A stretch of 64,000 nt of DNA from Tubulanus polymorphus (lineage: Eukaryota > Animalia > Nemertea), in contig NC_134032.1 of assembly GCF_964204645.1 (NCBI RefSeq), positions 2,352,416 to 2,416,415 of the forward strand, read 5' to 3'. Positions 54,015-64,000 of the stretch are shown here, piece by piece. How positions within the stretch are numbered: the first letter of the stretch is position 1; the number at the start of each line of letters is the position of its first letter. The notes beneath the pieces are model-generated. The model was not told the DNA's origin. It worked only from the letters and a program-made list of their open reading frames with translations, and searched no databases. Position numbers and translations under genes: made by a program.

Positions 54015-57000
54015 ATATTCACCTGTGCGGTGTTATTTGCCAGTCGCCCGAATAAATGTTTCAATATTCTGGAGTTTATAGGCCGCCTGCACATGTACCT
54101 CTTCTTCTTGCGGCGACGCGCCGGAGAGCGGCCATTTTTCTTTGTAAAACGTATCTTGCAGATAACAAATTTCTGTCGTCCTAGAAACAAATCGAAAAAC
54201 CGTTTTAGTTTGAATCAAATGTATGACTAATTCACGAGACTTGAAATACTGACCAGATTCCGACCCGAGATTTGAAATAGTTGGTCCAACTAACTCGTGG
54301 TTCGAGACTCCATCCGAATCTACATAAAATCCTGCCGCCAAACCTATTTTAGGATGTAAACGAAACAATTATATAACTGGCCTAACTAACTTGATAATTT
54401 CTCAACTTCCAACACCAATCATTTTGTTTTTTTTTTCACTATTTATTGTAGTAGGCCTAGGCATGTCGTACCCTAATAGGGCTAGGCCTGTCAGGCTAGA
54501 CTTGACTTCAGCCCCTGGGCTTCATTCAGGTCTTAACTTTAACGATATTAAGAGACCAGACTTATTTTTTGGATGTGCAAGAGTGACTAGTTCTTGTTCG
54601 AAGGAGGGGCAAGGCCTGGGCAGCTAGCGCTACGTAGGTTGTAGGCGCTGAAAAACGCCAAACTTAAAAAAGTCCTTAAAACGCAAAAACAAATGACATT
54701 CGCTAGCCACTCATGAGGTATCTAACCATATGTATCATATATCATCGGAAAGCTTATGGCACCATCTACATCGGTATGTTGAGATAATTTCGTTTTCCCA
54801 AACCCCTAAGAAATAATTAGCGAATATGTATCTCGAAAGTCGTTAGTTTTGGCCTAACCGGTTTTCAGCAGCCAACCAGGCGCAGACGACTGACAAATTT
54901 CAACTTGTGACTACATATAGATCTTCAAAACCTGGTTGAGAATACATTAGAACGAAGTGGGCTCGAATCCCGTTATCCGTTTTCTCTACGGAACTGCGCG
55001 CGTACAGCTGGTCGTATTCGGTTAGTTTTCTATGAGAATGAACAAAGCAGGTGCGCGCACTTATTGTGCTGCCATCAATCGGTTTTCAAAAGAGGCTCAG
55101 AAAATCAATATTAATTGTTGACAAATTCTGTATCTACTCTACGGTCGTGTCCAGAAGAAAGCGTTCCGCATTATCTTTAAAACCGATATTAGAGCCCATA
55201 CCTCACCATTATTTAAGTCTGCAAAAATTTTTAAATTGGCAGATATAAACAATTTTCAAATTGGACAATTCATGTATCGTATTAAATTATAGTATTAATG
55301 ATCTAGTTTATGGGTTGGGTGTGATAGCCTCTTAACTGGGAAACCCAAGTGGCAACCATGCTGTTGATGCTCTTGGAGTAAAGCTCCTAGATCTATGTAA
55401 AACTTCAGAATCACCAATGGTCGTGTTTCAGCTGACTAAACGGGTAAATCTGCTTGTTACAACCACCATGGTGCGTGCACCAAGTACAATTGGTTATTTA
55501 GTTGGAACTGGAGATTATTTTGTAATGTTGAAATGTTGTATATTAATCCAACATCTGCGCACTGTATTCTTTGTAAGCTATCTACTCTAATCTAAACTGG
55601 TTCCTTCCATATCCCCCTCACGCACGGTTGCTTACAATTCCACCTCCGACATCGCCCTTACCATTGGATTTTTTGTGAGCCTTGTTCTGATGTCGCAAGA
55701 TATATAATTGCTCCCTCTGCTGCGGATATCCAGTCAGAAATTACAAATGCCATTGACAATATCTCTGGTGTCAATATCTCTTTGATTAATAACATCCTTG
55801 TCAAAACTGCAACGCGCAGGCAGCGGAGGAAACCCTTCGGATTACTTCAGTAATATGACGACTAATGAAAATGCGTATAACTTACACTTAGTAAATTGAA
55901 TTGGAAGAAGTGGTGAATTTGAGTGTATCGAGAAAAGAAAGTACGACTTACAGTTAGTTAAGAGCGATGAGACAAACGATTTCAATCGACGTGACTCATC
56001 CGATGACGACTTCAGAGAGTTTCACTAAGAAATCACCGACGATTCTGAACAAACAGTATTTCAATGGTACAGGTGAAGAACTTGCTCCAGATCGTTAGAC
56101 AACAAACAGTGTTGCATCCCGAGTTGCTGATTTTTCTTTTCAATTATCTGCACTAGTGTCACCTCGCAGCAATTATATATAACTGCACGTGCTGCCGCCA
56201 ATCTAACGCTCCCGATAATAGATTGCGTAGTCGTGCCGAAGATCTAACAAAAGCGACGATAAGAGGAGGTTGCTGCTGCTGCTGCTGCTGCGATCGAATT
56301 AGAATTGATTCCTGTGTTTCCAACTCCCTGTTTTGTTTTCGTTTCGTTGTCGCTAATTGGGCGCCGGAATCGATGGGTGAAATAAGCAATTAATTAATTT
56401 CATTGAATGACGTCATAAGTTGTAAAATCAACGACCAGAAATGGTTAAAGACGGTTCTTTATTTCATGAGGAATAATCTCCTAAAAATCCTAGACCTTCC
56501 AGAGTGACTAGGTTGGAACACGAGAATAAAATAAACGACAAAAAATGCCGATAACCTTAAGATACGCCTTAAGATGGACTCGAACCTGCGACCTCCAGCG
56601 CGCGCCAGACTAGCACGCTAATCACTCGACCATAGACCAGTAGTGACTGACGAAGTTTGTAAGTTTGTCTAGCGATTGAAGTGGCTAGTGACCAGTCAGA
56701 TGATTAAGTGACTTGGTGCATGGTGACTGTTGGCCGTTTCTACGGCCCGCTCATTCTATGGTTACTGCAGTACCTTATCGGCCCTAAACCCTCTCTGATT
56801 ACGAGTCGCCCATTGTAAGAAATCAAACTAATATAGTTTGTGTAGGCTGCAGTTCATGTATTTCTTGCTATATTTGGCATACATATACACATAAACATAC
56901 GCCTACATCAATAAATCTACGACATTTGATTTCGCCTGTTTAGTCACGGAGTCGTCCACTAGATGGCGCTATATTCACCTGTGCGGTGTTATTTGCCAGT

Positions 57001-57257
57001 CGCCCGAATAAATGTTTCAATATTCTGGAGTTTATAGGCCGCCTGCACATGTACCTCTTCTTCTTGCGGCGACGCGCCGGAGAGCGGCCATTTTTCTTTG
57101 TAAAACGTATCTTGCAGATAACAAATTTCTGTCGTCCTAGAAACAAATCGAAAAACCGTTTTAGTTTGAATGTTCACTTAGGAAGTCGACTAGAGACCCT
57201 GTCTCCGGCTGAATGGTTGTGTTGAGCGAATTTTTTCACGACAAATTTGACAAATTT

Positions 57258-60200
57258 TCAGTGACTATCTTCACTGGCTGCTAGAGATACCCTACCGTTT
57301 GACTCGTCTGGATGTTGCGCACTTGGAGCTGGAGTCCTGGTACTTGGAGTCGAAGTTATCTTCGAATTTTGAGTCGTTGTTGATGTTGGAACGAGAGTCG
57401 TTGGAGCTGGTGTCATTGGAGCTGGGGTCGTCGGAACTGGAGTCGTTGGAGCTGGAGTCGTTGGCACCGGAGTCGTTGGAACTGGAGTCGTTGGAGCTGG
57501 AGTTGTTGGAGATGTATCCGGTGTCATACAAGACGCTACTAAATCCTTCATCTCCAGGTTAGAATCGATCCCGTCAAACTGTTGCGTCATACTTTCATCC
57601 GTTCTCACTTTTGTACAATTTACTACAGAACAAACGAGAAGATGAAGTTAATCAACGCCTTGAAAAATAAAACACATTGCGTAATGTTGTCGATAACGAA
57701 TTATGTGATACAAATTGTATATTAAGAATAATATTGTATTTGTACAGATGGATCTCGCGAGAACCCTCGAGAAAATTACTTCGGGAAACGCGACGGGATC
57801 TCGTGAGAACCTTCGAGACACTTACGCGAACATGATTCGTCTCTGTTAACGTACGGTTTGACGGAAGATACGAAAACTCTATCGCACCAACAACTGCAGG
57901 TGACCGGATAAAGCAAAGCGTTATAGCTGCACACATTCCTGTCACCACAATCTGAAAACAATCAAATAAAAACAACCAGAATAAAATTGTTGTTTATAAT
58001 GGTGATCTACCGACTGAAACAACTTAAGGAGTTTCAACAAAAGACGTCCACGCTAAATTTCAAAGTTTTGACCTCCCTCCCCCATGCCCACATATAAATG
58101 TCTACATTGAACTACCCCTACCTCCATCGGAGTAAGAAAACGACCAAAGAATCATCCAGTCATAAGAGATAATGTCTTTTTCCTTCATTTATTTTATATT
58201 CCCCAGCCCAATGCGTTACTTGAAACTCACCACATAACTGATATTCTGCGTTGAAGTTGTCGGGACAATCCAGTGAAGGTTCCGCACTCGACATTCGCTC
58301 ACTGTTTTGACGAACTTTCCTATGGTAAAGCAAAAATAATCAGGATGAATTAGAATTTGCAGATGTTCCTGGAATCATGGATCGTCATCTATCAGAATTT
58401 ACCGGAACTGACTGAATTCCGATGGAGCTACTAAAGACATGTTGTTCGAAAAGACCATAATCATAGCTCGCCATCTTTTGGAACTTTCCAAAAATTACTG
58501 AATGTCCGGAATTGTTAAGTTAAACGAAAATCCAAAAGGTAGGATCATTCCCGAATTAATGATTTATGTTTAATTAGGAACCAATTAGAATTTACAATCA
58601 ATGGGTTCGAACCTAGGACCTCTCTTATCATCGATTCAGCATCTGAGACCAACTCGGAATCAACTCGGTTTCGAACCCGGGACAGCCTGATTATGATAAT
58701 TTGCTTATTAGGTCGGTTTAAAGCTCTTGAGATTTTTTCAAATATTCGTTTTGTAAATATTTGTTTAAACTTTTGCGTGAGAGGACGTCAGTTGGGTGGC
58801 CTAGCTCAGCCAGTTTTAGTGGAACAAACTTGATAGGTGTTTATTGAACCAGCACAGATTGAGGCAGCTGAACTGAAACATCAACCTTTAAAATCCATTT
58901 TATGCTGTAATGAAAGATTACCAAAAAGTCTCTTTGAAGACAACCCAATTCTAAAGGAGAATTTTCGGTAACATTTCAATGAAATGATCGATGTTTTTAG
59001 TTAAGCTGCTCATCTGTGCTTGTCCAACTAAACAACTTTATCAGATATGTACTACTGAAAAGACAGCTCAGCAGGAACCCGACCCGGCGCAATTTGATAT
59101 TGACACTAGACACCAATTCTGCAAGCTCCATGCGGGTGACTCCATGATCAATTCTAAACTTGAGTGAAATGCTAAATACCTGGGGGCTATGTTACAAACG
59201 AGCACGTTCTTTTGCGGTGAACACGCCTTCAGACCGCAGCCCAACTTCATAGCAGTAGCATGTTCAAACTATAACATTGAAACAAGAAAATATAATCATA
59301 GAAATCAAGCCATTTTTAGGATCCCTGACATGATTGACATAGCGCGTTACATCTTGAGTTTGTGGAAAACTTTAAAATAAAACTTTTAAAAATTGAAAAA
59401 ATAAGATAATTAGTTCTTGAATAAACGAATTTGTTTTGGTAATACAAAACTTTTTTTTCGAATCGACGGGAGGTGCTATAAGCTCTTACTTTCACCGCAT
59501 TATCCGGGGAGAGGAACATCGACAGAAATTGATTCGTCGTTCCGTCACTGAGTTCTCCAGCCGCATCCATGAGAATACCCGCGTAGTCACGTGACTCGGC
59601 CGCAGTGACGTAATTCCGGTAGACGTTCATCACCTCATCCGCCATTACTAACACCAACTGATCCACGCGACCTCGACCTGAATCGTATAGATTATATTAT
59701 TGAATGATGACGTCATTAGGGTTGTACGGAGGGAGGTCTCATGTTTTATTTCTGGATGGTTGTGTATTACCTGGTATATAGTTCCTCGTTTCGGATATGA
59801 CGGTATCGGGACAAGTGGACGCGTAGTTTTCAGCCATACGACTCAATACTGTATCCCAATACTGAAACACAATAACATCGGCAATATCGAGTTTACGTGT
59901 AATGAGAAGAGAAAATTATCATTTAAGTGTCTGGCTCCCGGTTATTAAATGGTTCCTAACAAAATCGGGGGCTGTTCATAACGCGCGCGAAATGTGCCCA
60001 TTTTTAAGCGTTACGTCCACATGGACTGACTTCCATCGTCTGTCTTCCATATGCAATGGATTTGACACCCAGCACAAAACCTGTCACTTAGAGTCAAAAA
60101 CCGGCTCTACTTAGGACCTGCGAGTAACATCATTAGTTAACACTGACTACCCAACTATAACAAGCAGCACACACGTGCAATTCGATCAGCTAATCAAGTT

Positions 60201-61190
60201 TCATTAGTTGTTCATAGTCACAGTATAATGGTGGTCGTGCATTTTCCAACAGTGCCCCAAAGTGGGACGAGTTTCCTATCACAGCCGGGAAGTCACTTCC
60301 ATCGATGGAGCAGTTAAAATGCTTTCTTTGTGGAGGCATTTTTAACTTGTAAATCGCCCTGGTGAAGCTCTTTATAAATCGCTTTGATAATTATCATTAT
60401 TGTAGTTTTTGTCATTGTTATTACTAGCTTACCATACGGAACATGTATCTGTTTCGATCGCGGGTCATTTTCAGAGTTCTATAACTGTTGACGATTTTTG
60501 TCAAAACGTCTCGTGAGGCGCCGTCCATTTCTGAAACAAAACCAGACAGGGAGGGGATTCGATCCCGGGGGATGTTCATCGAAATTTAGACAGGACGAGA
60601 AAGGGACCACTTAAATGAAGTCCATTGGATATCCGAAATAAAAATCTAGCTGAAATTTCAATCTTGCAAACATTACAATCTTCGTTATTATTTTGACGCT
60701 ATTTCAGTTCATCACAACTAGAAACAGCATCTGGAAAACACTCTAAACATTTAAGCTATTATTACGTGTTCTGAAAATAAGGATTGACCCTCTGATTCAC
60801 TTGATTCGTAGATTTGATTGGATTTGGTGTCCCTTGCAAACCCACCACACCTGCTGCCGCGAGCGAAACCGAGGGTTTGATTTTGAAATCGGAAATCTCG
60901 AAGTACAAAAGTACATAGTTGTGTGATCGGCGGTCGAGTTTACAGAATTTTCTGTTTTTATCGATTTAGCGGTATTCTTACCTGAGTCGGCGCCTCTTTT
61001 CAGACACATGGCGTGATCGGTAGCGAAACGTTCGAATCGCGCATCACAAGTCGTACCCTAAAAACCAGTCACGTGGTCAATTCATTAGAACGTAGTTTTG
61101 ATGGATTCGAATAATCATCCAGGTATCACTATACGGATTGCGTTTCTTACCCGAATCGCTTCAATCAAATAACCAGCCGTCAGCGAAACT
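57258..61190 (-). CDS. Divergent CAP/SCP (CRISP/venom-allergen-like) protein with Cys-rich region and Thr/Pro mucin-like stalk; multi-exon
   Basis: Spliced exons give DHAMCL, VLTKIVNSYR..MFRM|YWDTVLSRMAENYASTC, KLGCGLKAC..VLVCNIAP (CAP signatures), then LDC..LC|DCG..C..CSCWC and (TTPAP/TTPVP)n at 57390-57510. Start and last exon uncertain. Confidence 0.65.
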
Positions 61191-62575
61191 GTGGAGGTAA
61201 AAGGAAAAAATGATATCCTTCACTAAATGACAAGACGTTTATGTTTTCTTTTTCAGAAAACCCAGTTTCGAAAGCTCTCGCGAGAAAACCACATTATCTA
61301 CAAATTCTCGCGTGAGAAATCCAAAAAGTTTTGAATGCTCGGGTGAGAACAAAAACCAGCAAACATTTTTTTTTTAACATGTCATCCAACATAAATAACG
61401 GTTTTTACAGTGGAAAAAATTGACGCACCTTTTATGAGAAAACCAATCGTTGAGTTTGATTTCATTATGGCTACAGCGGTCTGGATGCGTGGCGGCTCCG
61501 AAATTCGATATGTTAGACTTGCTTTCGGTCTCCTAACTCGTCTCCTCCCTTACCGAATACCGCGGGACTTCTGACTAATCATCCAGGCCCTGTGCGCTGA
61601 TCATTGCATTAATATTCAGTGTTGATTGATTGAAGATCCATAAAAACCATCTGTTAGCATCTCAGCCGAGTGAGACAACAATTATAACTACGTGATGATC
61701 ATATTTTCAATAGTCATTAGGAACCGAATTCAATATCTCAGTATTGACTCATATCACCTGGAGGGATATTTAAGTGCGTCTTAGTTCGTCGTGATCAGGG
61801 TTATTAGGTACTTACAAAGGTTTACGGTTGTCAAATGGAAAAAATGAAAAGCTCAACTTCCGAATGGTCAAAACTGAAACAAAACTGAACAAAAGTGAAA
61901 CTGATACTCACGCGGTATAGAAAATTGATCTTGGGTAAAGAGTTCAAGTATCCGAACAACCATAAAAGCGATAACGTTGAAAACCTCATTTTCTAATGAG
62001 TAAAAACGGTTTATTAAACACGAAATTTTCGAGATCGTATCCCCTCATCAGATGAATACAAGTGAATCAAACAGATAGACCTTTATAGATTTAAGTATTG
62101 AACGCGAGAAATTCACCATATCATATTTTAATCACGACAGGGTAACGACTTGTTTTATGAACTCATTGGCCAGTCAAATTCGGCGTCGGTTATAGCGTCA
62201 AAGTAAGTAGAAGGGGTACCGAGTTCCAATTCCCGGCTGCATACGAAGACTCCGCTCTAGTCACCGTAATTTATTTAAATTTAACCAAATACCGACTAAG
62301 AAATCAGGGAATTTAGGATTTTCACGCGAATGATCAGATAATGTGTATGGAATTTCACCGATGCAGCCAGCCAGAGTACGGCTGGGTCTACTATAATTAG
62401 ACTGTTGTAGTCACTAACTCCGGAATCACGTGTAACGACATTACCAATCGTCAATCAAATGTTAGAATCATTGACTCTAAGAGTTCGCAGGTCATAAGAG
62501 TTTCACTGTCGCACTTTTTTATAGAAAATATTCTGGTCATTTTCTTTGTCCCACGGATTTTGATGGAAAAGGAAT

Positions 62576-63526
62576 TCAAACGGCTTTCAATAAAAGAAAC
62601 ATCGTTTTTCTGAATTGCTTGTTTACAATTATATAAAGTATGAAATTGACACACGAATTAAAAAGTGATGTAACCCCGTAAATGTGATGCATAATATCCT
62701 TGTGATATACGCGGCCTCCGAACTTACCGAGAAAACCTGGCAATTCTAGAACGGTAAAAACAATACTCATTGTAAGCACCATTTTAGTTGCTTTAGTCTG
62801 ATTTTGAGAGGTTGAGATCTTGGTCGCCGAGAGAGTTTTTTGGCGTTGTTTACTTTTGACATATAAGACAACAATGAGAGCAATGTTTGCAGCGAAAACT
62901 AGAATATTTGAAATAATAATTCGTATAATTGGTTCTATGTATCTGTTCATTAGAACAAAAAATGGTTTATTTCGTCTTATGGCTATGTAATGAAGGAAGC
63001 GGAATCCTTCATATCTTCCGGACAATACTACAATGAGTGTCATGGGATAGTAAGTACATAAAGATATTGATAATATACCCGTGATTATGATGACTGGTTT
63101 TAGGCTGCGTTTAATTTGTAGCGGGGAAATTATAGTAACCAATCTTTCGCACTGAATTATGACGGTTAGGTAATTTCGAAACACAAGAAATCCTTTAGCA
63201 AATATAATTCCCCATATATTTAAGTTTATCGGAGAAATTCGGTTATCAGGAAATTTCTTAACAGACTCTAAACCGAATCGCGCATAGTGAATGTAATAGC
63301 GAACTGGGTTCTGAATGAAATTCGACAGTAAAAACACGATGTCGACGAGTGCGAGGTATTTCAGTAAATCGATGCAGCGGTTCTTAGTTTTCAGTTTGTG
63401 GAATACGACGATAACCATTCCGTTAAACGTGGCACCGACTAGAACCAGTGCCGGAGTGATGTACGCTATACCTAGCCATCTAAACTCCCCTGGCGTATGG
63501 TAAACATATGCTCGTGTATTGTTCAT
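62576..63526 (-). CDS. Intronless rhodopsin-class GPCR (FMRFamide/peptide-receptor-like or chemoreceptor)
   Basis: Seven hydrophobic helices; GATFN, LALVD, ERLVTIISPL, KATKMVL, NSCVNFILY..NKQFR; N-glycosylation sequon NNT. Confidence 0.9.
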   Translation of the reverse strand: MNNTRAYVYHTPGEFRWLGIAYITPALVLVGATFNGMVIVVFHKLKTKNRCIDLLKYLALVDIVFLLSNFIQNPVRYYIHYARFGLESVKKFPDNRISPINLNIWGIIFAKGFLVFRNYLTVIIQCERLVTIISPLQIKRSLKPVIIITGILSISLCTYYPMTLIVVLSGRYEGFRFLHYIAIRRNKPFFVLMNRYIEPIIRIIISNILVFAANIALIVVLYVKSKQRQKTLSATKISTSQNQTKATKMVLTMSIVFTVLELPGFLGKFGGRVYHKDIMHHIYGVTSLFNSCVNFILYIIVNKQFRKTMFLLLKAV

Positions 63527-64000
63527 TATTTTCAAACGATCCCGTTGGTTTGCAGCAGTTCTCTGTTACTATCATCTAAACTGAAACATTCGCATTAGTT
63601 CCAATTTTATACAAATTTGTATCAATGTCATTGAAACCAATCATCTTGCAGGCAAACTAATTTGAACAGGAGGTGTGATACGAGAGCTTCAATAGGAAAT
63701 TGAAAAGCTGAAGCGGTGAAACCTCTGGAATTCGGATATTAGCTTTTTTACTTAGAATATTCGCAACAATAGAGAATAGAAAGGTGTTTAAAGTTTGATT
63801 CAAGTCGCTACAATGTTTTGGAAACGTTTTAAAGCTGGGTACTGATTACTTGTTCCGTTTTCTATACAGAATATTAGTTTCCGAGAACTACCCGAGAAGT
63901 AATAGGGGGTTTCAATGGGGTTGTGTTAAAATTGTAGTTGCGGTTAATCCAATATGACAACGGTCATGTGATCCAAGATGGTGCCCGTCCAAGATGGCGG

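Larger units (their letters stand above)
52029..57171 (+). repeat. Near-identical tandem duplication: copy A 52029-54215, copy B 54214-57171 (B has an extra ~771 bp at 55213-55984)
   Basis: Identical translated ORFs at offsets 2185 and 2956; AT microhomology at the junction; includes the 5' TIR of element 2. Confidence 0.95.

Noticed and set aside
52206-57225. Paired short ORFs (78, 76, 68 aa) in the duplication
   Set aside because: Identical only because of the DNA duplication; no domain signal and non-ATG starts.

Overview
Eukaryotic, AT-rich, intron-containing invertebrate (probably lophotrochozoan-type) genomic DNA, not prokaryotic. Host genes: a ~1930-aa CUB/C-type-lectin/LDLa/LRR GRL101-like GPCR (3 exons), a spliced secretory phospholipase A2, a small spliced gene with RHIM-like repeats, a divergent CAP/SCP protein with a mucin-like stalk, and an intronless peptide-receptor-like GPCR. 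Mobile DNA: a CR1/L2-type LINE split by a BEL/Pao LTR element (5-bp TSD), SINEs, MITEs, a decayed PIF1 + P-loop ATPase module and a 2.2-kb tandem duplication. Main result: two divergent ~5.5-kb DNA transposons (8934-14444, intact with a 4-bp GTCT TSD; 47429-52964, frameshifted) with CAC-initiated TIRs. Each encodes a spliced RAG1/Transib/Chapaev-type DDE transposase that carries its own C4HC3 PHD finger on a coiled-coil insertion inside the catalytic core. All calls come from reading the sequence by eye; no database searches were run.
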